Shown: in pieces, positions 1 to 12,300 of the stretch
How positions within the stretch are numbered: the stretch's first letter is position 1
Layout: every line of letters begins with the position of its first letter
Source of the DNA: Toensbergia leucococca
Lineage: Eukaryota
DNA length: 43,967 bases
Assembly (NCBI GenBank): GCA_022813965.1
Contig: JALDZS010000192.1
Location: 1 to 43,967 of the forward strand
Direction of reading: 5' to 3'
Position numbers and translations under genes: made by a program
Notes under the pieces: generated by a model
Told to the model about the DNA's origin: nothing
What the model saw: the letters and a program-made list of their open reading frames with translations, nothing else
Database searches by the model: none

Positions 1-140
<140 letters not shown>

Positions 141-2285
141 ACTGTCAATGACTATTTCTATCAGCAATGATACAGCTGTTTCACGTCAGTACAGTGCACA
201 TTATCTCATTTCATCTCATCATGCTGAATTGCATGAGTAAGAGTGTTCAAATGATAGCCTACATAATTACTCTTTTGCTCTCTTACTTGAAGCTGACAGA
301 ACAGCAGAGAGCCCCTCACATCAGCACATTAATCAAACTGAGGGTACGCTTTGCTGCTCAAGCAAAAGAATTTACTTCAAATCTGCCCTCATGAGGATAC
401 ATCATAGGGTCTGAGACAGTTAAACCTCTCAGATCATTGCAGTGTATATGCTCTGCATGTACGCAGTTATTTACAATCAAAGTCTATGACATGCATCTGA
501 AACTGAGCACTGAGCGATGCAAGTACACACTTCTAGACAACATCAACAGAGTCTTGATAAACACCACTAAGACCCATCAAACCAGTGAAGTTTTCTCATG
601 AGTCATCGATGATCAGATTCTGGTCTCTGCCATGTACAAAGCGCCTTCAAGACAAAATTTAAACGCTTTCAAAACCAAAGTGTTAGATTGCCGACGCTGA
701 AAAAAAGCTCCGAAACAGAACAGAAAAGCTGAGACGTCAAGGCCACCATGGCCCTCAGTCAATAGAAAGGCCACTCAAGACAGGGAGACTCGGGCAGCGG
801 ATAGAATACACCCTTGGAATTGAAGGGATCCGCAACATCTCCTCACACCTTCAAGTATTCATCCAAATGCTAAAGAACAAATGCGAGGCTATACGCTCAG
901 ACAACTCCGTAAGCCCCACAAAAAATGTTTACTCTGCAGTCAGAATCTTAAGACTCTGCTCCGCTCTCAGAAAGATTCTTGACTGTTCCTTCTTTTCTGC
1001 TTGTAGTGTTTCAACAGAACGATTTCTTGTCCGAGCATTCTTGTGTTTGTAAAGGGGCTTGAGGAGTCAATGGATTGTTCTTGATCTCTTTGTCTTTATT
1101 CATTTCCTTGCTTAAGTTTTTTCATCTTTCAGTGTCAATTGTAGGGGCACTGCGCTGAATTCACCCATAGGAATGAGGAGATAATTCGGTGCAATTTTGA
1201 ATGCGGGTTCTATTACGGGTGTAAATCATTAATTCTTTCTTCCCCAACCTTGTCGCTCTCGCTCTGTTGACAGGTTATGCCGTCAGTTTGCCATGAGAAT
1301 TTTCTCAGTGAGCCCTGACAAGCCCATCACTTCCATCAGGTAAGAGCTCAACCCAGCTCTAGATTCCTTCACACCATTCAATGTCCACTAACAAGCTGCA
1401 GAAGCATTGAGCCCGCTCAGCACATTGAGTGCCCTGATTGCACTGCAACCTTTACACATGCAGGATTTGATCTGATGATGCAGGAAATCTTGACTATACC
1501 ATGCACAGGGATGGAATGCTGTCATCGTCCCTACGGGGTTACTCCAGGTTCTGGACTGAGGAGTTCGAGCTCACCATTGACCTTGACCGAGAATAAAGTC
1601 CCTGTTCTGAAGCTAGTATACTGCCACACGTCGCCAAAGGGTGCGTACCCCAGTCTACACTACAACCGGACCCTGCAGAAAACACTCCGAGGAGGAGATA
1701 CCTCGCAGGATCGCGCGTCAGTGTTATCTTTGTGGGTATAGTTGGTCACGAAAAAAAAAAATAGGGGGGGGGGAAGGAGTGGTGCGGGCATGAGCAGAAA
1801 CTTTGACTATATTTGGCGAAGGGAGAATCGGAATTGTTCTTTTGGGAGGAAGAGTAGATGACGAGGGTTTAGAACTTGCAATGAGATTGGTCAGGAAAGA
1901 GGGGTCGGGGGAACTGGGAAAGGGGTTTTGTGCCGAGAGTGTTGTGGATGCTCGATGTGTAGGAATATCCAGATGAGATAAGCACGCGTCCGTCAGCAAG
2001 GACGAAATCTGGTGGGGAGTGGGATTCTGGGGGCGAGCTAATGCCGAGTTTTCATAATAAATGGCGAGGGAGATTGAATGGCAAGTGAGGAGTAGAGTGG
2101 TCCCTGGTGAGGTAAATCTTCGTTGAGAGACTTTTATGAAGATGTGACTGCTGTATCAGGCGGGAGAACACGTATCGAAGCTTGCCGATAGTTGTGCGAA
2201 AAAGCTGATGCCAAGATCCCTTAATGGTTCTAGCCATATCATCATAACCATACCACATAAGACAAGATGGTACCCACGGCTCTAA

Positions 2286-3341
2286 TCATGCATAAACTAC
2301 TTCCCGCAGCGGAGGTTCCGTCTCCCTCTCATACTCGATTTCCATCCTCGGGCCTTTCTTCGATTTTGTTGGGTGTGCATTGCCCCGTTTCCTCTTTGCG
2401 CCAGCGACAGCTCTCTTCGGTGTTGTGTCGCCCTCGTCGGTTTCAGAAGCGCTAGCGTTGCTCTCGTCGTCCTCGTCGTCGTCATTGCTTCCAGTCTCCT
2501 CCTGCGCACTCTCTCCACCTAGCCACTCTTCCAAATCCCCTAGCTCGTCTTCTTCTTCGCCTTCGATATCACTGACATACTCAACATTACCCGTTCCCTC
2601 TTCCTCCATCTCGTACTCCCCCTTCTCTTCCTCCTCTTCAATGCCCTCATCTAAATCCTGATCCCTTTCTCCCTCCCCATCTCTCTCCAATCCTCTGAGC
2701 ACCTTCTTCCAAACCCCCTCCTCCACATTAAGCGGCCGGTCCCCATAAGCCCCACTCCTCAACCTCTCGATCAACTCCCTTTCGATCGCCCTCTCCACCT
2801 TCGCGGCCGCCTCCGCCTTCCTCTCCCTGCCCTCTTCCCTCCTCCTCACCTTCGGCGCCAACTTCGGCACAATTCGCTCTCCCAACCTCTCCTCCTCCTT
2901 CGCAAGCTTTCTCATCCGAATGGCCACCTGTGTCAATCTCGTGAGCCTTTGCTTGCACTTGTGGATCAAGAATTTCGGCCAAAAGATTAAGCGTTCGTCG
3001 ATTTGTTCGAGTGCTTTGGCGTAGTTTGGGGATAGCTTGATGCGTTCCCACAGCTTGGAGGGCATATGGGCGCGCTCAATTGTTTTCATGTAGAGGTAGA
3101 GAGTACCGGTCTCGGGGTTGGAGCGGATTGTAGCGTAGCGGGAGTTTGCAAGAGGGCATGATTGGCGGTTGCAGAGGCCTGTGACATTGTATTCGTTCCG
3201 GCAGAAATTTTGCTGCTTGGTAGTTCTATACGATGGATCAGCGAGGGGTGAGATGGGATACTAGACGGGAAAGATGGACTTTAGCTTGAAAGAGCAGAAT
3301 TGGTGGTTTATAACACTCCAGACAATCTCGTCGGATGCCAT
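2286..3341 (-). CDS. MAK16: Mak16, 60S ribosome biogenesis protein; exons 3341-3280 and 3225-2286
   Basis: Spliced N-terminus [53 protein letters not shown]...[27 protein letters not shown]. Acidic C-terminal tail ending EIEYE. GT-AG intron 3279-3226. Confidence 0.95.
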
Positions 3342-3638
3342 GGTTGGGTATTATCGTGGTCTTTGCTGACCGTCGTTTGTAATTTTTAGAATTCGCTGGT
3401 GGTGGGAAAAAGGACGGCCGGGAAAACCCTCCAATCCCAAGGAGGGTAACAGTCACAATCATGTTACTAACTTAATCAGGTAATAATTAGGATGTAATCT
3501 ACGCTTATTCCTCATGTTATCAACGTTACCATTTATCTTACCATAAGATAATTTCATTAACTCTTTTACATCCATCATCTAGATTTTCACCAATCATTTA
3601 GATTTCTACCTTATTCACCTGCCTGTTCACCTACCTAG

Positions 3639-3790
3639 TGTCATGAACTGATCTTTGATCACTAAGATGACTTGTTGATGCAGTTTAACCAGAAAACTAG
3701 CTATGAGAAATCAAGGTGCAGGCCCGTGATGAAGTTGTATAGGGTAACTCACTTAGCCATATTAGGCTAGGCTGAGTTCAAACCGTGACA
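3639..3790 (-). mobile_element. 152-bp LTR (3' LTR of a truncated LTR retrotransposon) with adjacent polypurine tract
   Basis: TGTCA...TGACA inverted termini. Minus-strand polypurine tract GAAAGGGGGGGTAG (3791-3804) abuts the TG. The first 82 bp recur at 38871-38951. Confidence 0.8.
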
Positions 3791-3951
3791 CTACCCCCCC
3801 TTTCATAAAGGAGCTTCAGCGACGATCTCATGCCCTCATGCCCTAAATCTCATAGATTAGTCCTTCAGTCCCTGCCTTGTCTGCACCCTACCTGATGCTT
3901 TCATTTCATCCTTCATTCAACATCACCCTAGGTCATGATGAGTTCAGTTGA

Positions 3952-4107
3952 TGCGTTTTCTGCACTGATTCTAATTCAAGTCACCGGTGACGGTGATGTT
4001 CAGAGCTCCCCTCACTGAGAGAATCAGGTATCAGTGCGTTTTCTGCACTGATTCAAGTCATTGATAACGGTGACGTTCAGGGCTTCTCTCACTGAGAGCA
4101 TCAGGTG
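3952..4107. repeat. Imperfect tandem duplication (83-bp and 73-bp units), probably within the retroelement 3' untranslated remnant
   Basis: TGCGTTTTCTGCACTGATTC...CTCACTGAGAG(A/C)ATCAGGT starts at both 3952 and 4035. Confidence 0.85.
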
Positions 4108-4670
4108 TTTTCATTCCATCATTAAACATCGTCAGTGTATCCTTTTCGCACGTGACCGTACGGTATTCATTTCACACGCGATCATAGGGAATCTTGTCAT
4201 TTGTAGGTCAAAGTTCATGCCTTTCCCCGATCCGTTGATCGATTGATTTGAGTCACAAAAGGAAAGCCGTAACTCAATTCCTAACCCTGAGGGACACGCG
4301 CTTCAGGCAGGGTAAATTCCATCCTATCAGTTGAGTGCTACCATTGAGTGCTACCAAATGAGTATGAAAAATGGATGATAATTATCTACAAAAAATGGTG
4401 CGGGGAATGGCGGAATACCCATTATATCCATGGAATGGCGATGAGATAAGTTTAGTGTTGAAGTAATATTGAGTGTAACTTACATACATTTCTGCTTTAG
4501 TTCGTGGTTATCTCCCGAGTAGGTTAGTAACATGACTGTGACTGTTACCCTCCTTACCTAGGATTGGGGGGAAAACCTTCCATTTGAAAAGGAACAGTCT
4601 AACCGTTCTGGGCGGTAGCTTAACACTTGCAACATTGATCCATCCAAACCTGAGCTTCCACCTGTGACAG

Positions 4671-6631
4671 ATGCTAGGACGACTCCTTTTTTCTGCGCGT
4701 TCAATTGCCCCCACACAGTCTTCAGCCTTACTTCTTTCCTGGCCGCTTCTCCGAAAGCCTCCTTACCTGGCTCGGCCTGCCTGTACAAAGAAGAATAACG
4801 CCTTCTCGACTACCAACGTTGTCTTAAGAAAGAATCGTCACATTTCGACGAACGTTCTATCCAGAGATGATGCTACTATATATGCCCTTTCCACTGCTCC
4901 TGGACGCGCTGCTATTGCAATTGTCAGGATTTCAGGTCCATCCTGCTTGACAGTAAGGAATTATTCCAATTACTCGTGCATGGGCTAATATATATATATC
5001 TTAGATATATCACGCACTATGCCCTAATCAGTTGTCACCTAAAGCTCGTCATGCTACCCTTAGAACACTGTATGAACCAGGAAAACAACCCTCAGCAAGT
5101 CGGATCCTAGACTCTGCGGCTCTGGTCCTGTTCTTCCCAGCGCCTCTAACAGTGACTGGTGAAGATGTTCTGGAACTGCATGTTCATGGCGGAAATGCTG
5201 TGGTCAAAGCTGTGCTTGCTGCCATCCCAAACGCCATCTCGCAATTCTCCGGTCAAGTCATACGCTATGCCGAACCTGGGGAATTTACTCGTCGAGCATT
5301 CAACAACAACAGACTTGATCTGACTCAAGTTGAAGCTTTAGGCGACGCTTTGTCAGCTGAGACAGAACAACAACGCCGTTTAGCGGTTAGAGGAACTACA
5401 GATATACTAGCAGCGCGTTACGAGACTTGGCGCCAAAAATTGCTCTACGCACGAGGCGAGCTAGAGGCCCTTATCGACTTCTCAGAGGATCAGCATTTCG
5501 AGGAGTCCCCCGCAAGATTAGTCTCTTCTGTTGCAAAGCAGATCCAGATTCTCAAGGCACACGTGCAAGCAAACATCCAAAATGCAATCCGTGGTGAATT
5601 GCTCCGAAATGGTATCAGCATAGCGCTTCTTGGAGCACCGAATGCTGGTAAGAGCTCTTTACTAAACAGGATTGTTGGAAGGGAAGCAGCTATTGTTAGC
5701 AGAGAAGAGGGTACTACCAGAGACGTAATAGACATTGCTGTCGATATTGGGGGGTTCTACTGTAAATTCGGGGATCTGGCTGGTCTACGAACTGGCTCTC
5801 TGCCTTATGACAGTAATACCGATGACTTTGGTGGGCCTCTTGTTGGAAACATTGAACAAGAAGGTATGAGACGAGCAAAGGCACGAGCATTAGAATCTGA
5901 CGTCGTCATCGTTGTCCTTTGCGTCAATGCAGACAACAAAAAAAGCTCTTCTAGGCTTTACGATCTGAGTATGAATTCTGAAGTGGAAGACACTCTATCG
6001 AGGTGTGACTTCAAAACCCAAGAGATCGTTTATGTTGTCAACAAATCAGATTTGCTTGAAGATGTCTCTGAGACAAGACGTGTTTGCACGCAAGTATCGG
6101 AATTCCTGATCTCCAACGACCAGTACCATGCGTCGAAGATGCCAGTCTTTGCGGTGTCTTGCGAGGAAGCACAAGATGCTAGTGGCATTGCAGTAGACCC
6201 AGGGGGGATTCAAGCCTTTTTAAAAGGCCTGACAGGGGTCTTCCGGGAAATGACCTCTGCTACCTCGCCGGATGGTCAAAACAATTCCGGTGACTCCGTA
6301 GCGTGGGAAGAGTCGCTTGGTGCAAGCGAGCGGCAACGCATCTTGTTACAGCAATGCCTTCACCACCTCGAAGAATTTCTGGACGAAGTGGTACCGTCCT
6401 TGGGTGGCGAGCTTACTGCTACCGAAGAGGAAGAGATTGATGTTGTTTTGGCAGCAGAGAATCTACGAGCTGCTGCTGATTGCCTGGCAAGGATCACGGG
6501 GAAAGGAGAGATTGGGGATGTTGAAGAAGTTTTGGGAGTTGTGTTTGAGAAGTATGTCAAATTACGAAAAATTTCATTTATGGATGAGTTCGATGCTGAT
6601 AAGTAGAGATAGATTTTGTGTTGGCAAATGA
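4671..6631 (+). CDS. MSS1: Mitochondrial tRNA modification GTPase Mss1 (MnmE/TrmE); exons 4671-4952, 5005-6551, 6613-6631
   Basis: TIYALSTAPGRAAIAIVRISG, TGEDVLELHVHGG, AEPGEFTRRAF, G1 GAPNAGKSSL, GTTRD and NKSD motifs. Spliced C-terminus VFEKFCVGK. Basic/hydroxylated N-terminal presequence. Confidence 0.95.
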
Positions 6632-6818
6632 TTTTGTAGGTTCCGATACACTCCAGGGGGATTTCCCGCGCTACGATTCAGGCAGCCGCCAACGCCCAGG
6701 AATACCTAAAAACCCATGTCTATCTACCTGGGAAGCCTGCTCCCTTTCTAATCAAGACACTAACGTACATCCAAATAAAATGACATCCTCTGGTGCTTAT
6801 GGTCGACGAGAGCAAAAT

Positions 6819-8052
6819 CTAGGCGGATGCATCTGTCGTTGATCCGTCTGTGGACTGACCAGGTAAGGCATTATACCCTTTTTATTGTTAGCTCATGAGT
6901 TCTCGTGAAGGACTCTAGAGAATTTTGAACTCACCACCTCTTCCACTAGGTTCGGGAGTAGTTGTTGAATCAAGTGAAACAGCACCAGGTAAAGCGTTGT
7001 ACCCTAAATCTTTGTTAGCTTATGTGTTGACATAGAGTGATGTCTAGAAAATCTCACCACCTCGTCCAGTGGGCTCAGGAGTAGCATTCATCCTCCGTCC
7101 CTGTGGAGCTAGCTGATTTGCGACTGCAGCAACACGAGCTGTTCTGTCTATTTCCGGCTGTTCATATGAATTATAGTGTGCATGGTGCTCTTCTGTTGCG
7201 CTGGTCGAGTGCTCGGTATCATGGTGATGGTGATGTTCTTCTGATTCGCCGGCATGATGGTGGTGATGTCCTTCTGGTTCACTTTTCGAGTGCTCAGCGA
7301 CATGGTGATGGTGATGTTCTTCCGCTGGAGCAGTCGTGTGCTCTCCGTGATGAGGTAACGGCGAGGGTTCTCGAGAGTTGGATCTGGAATACTGAGGCGG
7401 TGAGTTGTGTGGGCTGACTCCACTCGCTCCGCTAGCATTATAACCTCCACGACCGCTATAACCCCCATGGTGTGATTCAAAATGGCCAGTGGCGGGGTCC
7501 TTGTGGTGCGGGGCTGGTGACGGCTCTCTCGAGTTGGATCTGGAATGGTCAGGAGGCGAATCGTATGGACCAACCCCACTGGCTCCACCAGCATTATAGC
7601 CGCCACGACCACTATAACCCCCGTGGTGTGATTCCAGTCGGCTGGTTGAGGGTTCTCTATGATGTGGTGCTGGTGAAGGCTCTCTCGAGTTGGATCTGGA
7701 ATGGTCAGGAGGCGAGTCGTATGGGCCAACCCCACTGGCTCCGCCGGCATTATAGCCGCCACGACCACTATAACCCCCGTGGTGTGATTCTAATTGGCCG
7801 ATTGAGGGTTCTCTATGATGTGGTGCTGGTGAAGGCTCCCTTGAATTGGACTTGGAATGCTCAGGCGATGAATTGTGACTGGCAGCTCCACTAGCATTAT
7901 ACCCTGAATCCCTATCGTTAATTTCTGTGTTTGCAAGTGTAAGACATCAGTATATTTGACTCACCCCCTCGTCCTCCATATCCACCATGGCTGCCGTTTT
8001 CGGTAAGGTGTGCATCTGAGACCGTCACGTTGGAATAGCCGCCGCGTCCCAT
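6819..8052 (-). CDS. Uncharacterised 353-aa low-complexity protein with 7 GRGGY(N/S) motifs, 52-aa tandem repeats and three His5 tracts; exons 8052-7965, 7903-7058, 7003-6935, 6877-6819
   Basis: Three GTGAG...(C/T)TAAC...AG introns (61, 54, 57 bp), all phase 1, join a stop-free 1062-nt frame: MGRGGYSNVTV...GGRGGYNASG...ESHHGGYSGRGGYNAGGASGVGPYDSPPDHSRSNSREPSPAPHH...EEHHHHH...PEPTGRGGYNALPG...PEPSGRGGYNALPGQSTDGSTTDASA*. Confidence 0.85.
7345..7903 (-). repeat. About 3.5 copies of a 156-bp (52-codon) coding tandem repeat
   Basis: CGCCACGACCACTATAACCCCCGTGGTGTGATTC occurs at 7601 and 7757 (156 bp apart), with more diverged copies on either side. Confidence 0.92.
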
Positions 8053-9300
8053 TTTTCTGATTGGTGGTGGAGTGGGGTTACTGAGTTTTAAGTGTGGATG
8101 GTAGCAATGCAATTAGGGCTCAAGCGAGGATGGGGTCGAATTTGCACGGACTGCTGGATGAAGAGCTGCTACTTGGTGTTATTTGTAATTGTTTGAGATG
8201 TTGAATGATAATTTCTACTCTGAAACAAAGACTCGCAATCCAAGCATTATATACAATCTCATCTCAACATTATCACCGTCATGATTCAGCTCACCTACCT
8301 AAGAACCTAGGCATCCAAAATTAAACCCGCCCGCCCTGAACCACGCCCACTAAGCCTCCCCGCTCTCACCCGTTGAGAATGGAGAGTAATCCCCGAGGTA
8401 AGCGTCTTCACCTCCCATCAACGCACACTGATTCGTCGGAAGAGTATTTTGGGTGTGGTTGCTTCGCCTCGTTGGTGCAACCAATCAGCTATCGAGGGCG
8501 CGAACAATTGGCTTTCTTAATCAAGAGGCGCTAGTGGGCTGAGGAATGCTGGAGCTGGAGGAGGTGTGAGATTTACAACCGACGGTGTTCTAGGGCAAAT
8601 ATTTGGTATCACTTTTGTTTGGGTACTCTGTAAGGGGGCTCGGGGGGTTGCCTACAGGGCATATTCCGGGCTTGGTTGTTGGGAATCTGCAATGGCATTC
8701 CCCGAGGTAGGTCTCGGTGTTCTATCATACGGCCGGCAGGCAGGGCTTTTTTTTGGCTTGGGGAGCGGATAATTTCAGTCACAGGCCATTGTGCATTGTG
8801 CGTGAGGGATGGCAGGGTGATTCGATAGCTATGGGGGCCTGAGGGTTTGGGTTGCCTTGTCCATTCTTCTGCAGGCTTCTACAGAATATTTAGCGCGATA
8901 GGCAGGCGGCCCGGAGTACAAGTTCCGAAAGGAGCATTTAGGTTGGCGCAGTCATTTGGATGTCGGTCTGGAATTTAAGTGGAGCTAGACGGACAATGGT
9001 CCGGCTTCATGAGAGTCTGACCAAGACTAAGCGGGGAGGAGGAGGAGGTGAAGATGTTTCAGCCTTTCCGATGTGGGGCTGAGTGCTTGGCACCGTTTTG
9101 GATTAACACGGTAGAATACAGAGTAAGTAGGAACGGAGTAATCAGGTAGCTAATAAATAATCTTGGGATGGTCGGCGCAGCGCGGGCTATTTTTAGATTT
9201 CCTTCTCCAGAGGTTGAGGTTGAGCACGTGAGAATGACATTGCTTTGGTACTCGAGAGTCGTACTCGTAAGGTACGTGTAGAAACGCCAACTTCATACCG

Positions 9301-12300
9301 ATGGCCGAAGTCTTCGCTGTCATCGGCCTGGCGGCATCGATTTTGCAATGCCTCGACTATGGTACCAAGCTTGTCAGCAGGATCAACGAGTTTCAGTCAC
9401 AGCTAGACGAGGTTCCTAAAGCTCTTCAAGACATCAGCATCATCCTACCGCTGCTATGCGATGGACTTGCCAAGATCAAGGAACATCTCGATGCGGGTCA
9501 TCTATCCGCAAGTACTCAAAGAGCCTTCCTGCCCATTGTGCAAGGAAGCCATTCACAAGTCGCCCAACTTGACAATCTTCTGAAAACCTTGCTCCCCGAA
9601 AAGAATGATCCTTTTTGGAAGAAAGGCAAGAAGGCTGTCCGCAGCATTGGTCACGAATCGGACCTGAGAAGACTTGAATCTATCTTGAGAGAAAACATGC
9701 AAATTATGCTCCAGCTTCTGACTTTTTGTCAAGTCGTAGACTATCCTAAGCCAGAGCCGAATATGATTAATCCTTCGTTCATGTTACGCTTTGACCGCGA
9801 TGAGAAGTTTGTAGGTAGAGGGGAGATCATCGACCAATTACACAAGCAACTCAAGAACCATTCCCGAGTCGCACTCACTGGACTTGGTGGTGTTGGGTAA
9901 GGCCTCATTTCTCCTACGGCCTGGGCTTAGGTCCGCCTGAAGGGCTATGCTGATGTTCCGAAGAAAATCCCAGATTGCTATTGAATTTTGTTACCAGTTC
10001 AGAGCCAATAATCCCATGGCCCACGTCTTCTGGGTCTTTGCAAACACTTCTACTAGAGTCGAGCAGACCTTCAAACTAATGTCGCAGAGACTTGCCATAC
10101 CTGGTCGAGATGATCCAAAGGCAGATCATCTTCAGCTTGTCTCTGACTGGCTTAGTGACGAAAACAATGGCTACTGGTTTATAGTTCTGGACAACGCGGA
10201 TGACGCCGCCATGTTCTTTGACAGCAAATCCCACAGCACCCTTAATGCATCTAGGACTTCAAAGACGTTGGCAGATTGTTTGCCTCGTAGTCCTAGAGGA
10301 GCCATGTTAATTACCACAAGAGACACACGAGTAGGGGAGCGACTTGCCGATAGAAACAAGCCTATTACCGTTTTAAAAATGACGACTACAGAGGCTGAAG
10401 TTTTAATTCGATCCAAGATATCGGAAAATGAATGGTCTGATAGCGGTGGCGATCTAGGTGAGCTTCTTGATGAGCTAGCATACTTACCGTTGGCAATCAC
10501 ACAGGCTGCAGCTTTCATCAGTGAAAACAGTATCAGTATTTCAGAATACCTGAAAGCTCTTCGCTCCGGAAATGAAGACCTGAAGGAGCTTTTGAGTGAA
10601 CACCTTGAGGACCCAAGGCGAGATCCTGACACGGAAAATTCAGTGATGCGAACATGGAAATTGTCCTTTGATCAGGTCATGAAAGAACAGCCATGTGCAG
10701 CAGAGATCTTGTCTCTCATGGCTATTCTAGATTTACAGGGAGTACCAAGGTCACTCCTTCGCCATTATCATCGTCATAAGTCTGAGGTTGTCTTCAAAAA
10801 GGCAATGGGCATCTTGCAAGCCTTTTCTTTGATCAAAGTTGAGGATGTAAATTTTTATAAAGACACTGCATTTGGTATGCATCGACTTGTTTATTTAGCC
10901 ACCCAAAAGTGGCTGGACGTACGTGATACAGCTGCTCATTGGCAGATGGAGGCTTTGACGCTGTTGACTGAAGTATTTCCGTCGCCAGACTTCAAGGATT
11001 GGGCCATATGCGAGGCCTTGACACCTCACGTTCAAGTAGTACTATCCAATACGTTTACTGAGAAATCCAATTTGCTGCACTGTGCCCAGCTTCGTATCAA
11101 GGCCTCAACATACGATCGGGAAAGGGGTAGATACCCTGAAGCGTATACGAACGGTAAGAACGCACTTGAAATTTGCCAGAGTGTGTTGCCCGATGAGCAT
11201 CCTCTGCTCCTTGAAAGTGTACATACTGTAGCGAATGTTCTGGACTGGCAAGAAAAATGGACTGCGGCCAAGGAAATGTACCAAAGAGCAGCCTCAGGAC
11301 GGGAAAATGTATTAGGGAAAGATCACTTCGACACGCTTAAAAGTCGTCGGGGCGTAGCAAAAATCCTGTGTAGGGAGGGTGACTTCGAGGCAGCTGAGAA
11401 GCTGACCCGAAAAACACTAGAAAGTATGGAAATGCAGTTTGGACCAGATGATATCGAGACTCTACACCTTGTTCGTGCCCTAGGAAACGTGATGCGCAGG
11501 AAAGGAGATCTTGATAAGGCCAAAGGGCTACATTGAAGAGCATTACAGACCAGAGAAAAGCTATTAGGCCCCGATCATCCAAGCACGCTGACAAGTGCCA
11601 ATGACTTTGCCGTTGTACTTGGCGAACAAGGTAAACTTGATGAAGCTTCGGCGATACTTCAGAGGGTTGCAACAGCCGATGATGGATTAAGAAGAGCTGC
11701 TCCTCAAGCAAAATTGATAATGCTGGATAACCTTGCAGACATCCTGAATAAAAGAGGTGATTTTAGACGTGCCGAGGAATTGAATCAAATTACTCGTCGG
11801 GCGAAAGAAAAACTATGGGGAGCTGGAAGCCGGTCCACTATATCGACAACTCAATACCTAGAAGATAGCTTACGTCTCTCTGGTCAATACCTGGAGACAA
11901 GGGAGCTTTACGGACATACATGCCGTGGACGACAGAAAGTGCTGGGGGAAGAGCACCCTGACACTATCTCGAGCCTCCATCATCTTGCCACCAATCTTTA
12001 TTTTGAAGGTCAAACGCAAAAAGCTGAAAAAGTGTTGCGACAGGCCGTGAAACTTCGTATCAAGGTATTCGGATTAGATGACGGGTGTACCTTGTGTAAT
12101 ACAGATAATCTAATTTGTAAGATTCCGGCCCAGCATGCTGAAAGGTATCCTATGAAACAACATGCTCAAGCTTCTCCAAACCCTAAGTCGACATTAGATG
12201 GGGATACTGCCAGGCTAATTGAAAATGAGCAGCTACCTCCGCATTTGACGGATAGGCTTATTCGGATACCTGACGCACAAGACGATCTATCTATAGACTA

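Noticed and set aside
141..1750. Possible degenerate transposon and the short ORFs 167-394, 867-1052, 1475-1741
   Set aside because: Partly CpG-poor and gene-free, but I could not identify any transposase, gag or RT motif, or terminal repeats.
7103..7894. Track ORFs 7148-7768 (-), 7103-7417 (+) and 7472-7894 (+)
   Set aside because: Alternative frames of the 156-bp repeat. The spliced third minus frame has a start, a stop, consistent intron phases and a conserved motif.
7345..7903. Repeat array as CRISPR-like
   Set aside because: Eukaryotic DNA, contiguous codon-multiple units, no unique spacers and no cas genes.
6819..8052. Dikaritin/KEP-type RiPP precursor
   Set aside because: No signal peptide, no regular KR/RR sites flanking the repeats, and no DUF3328/UstYa-like gene seen in the window.
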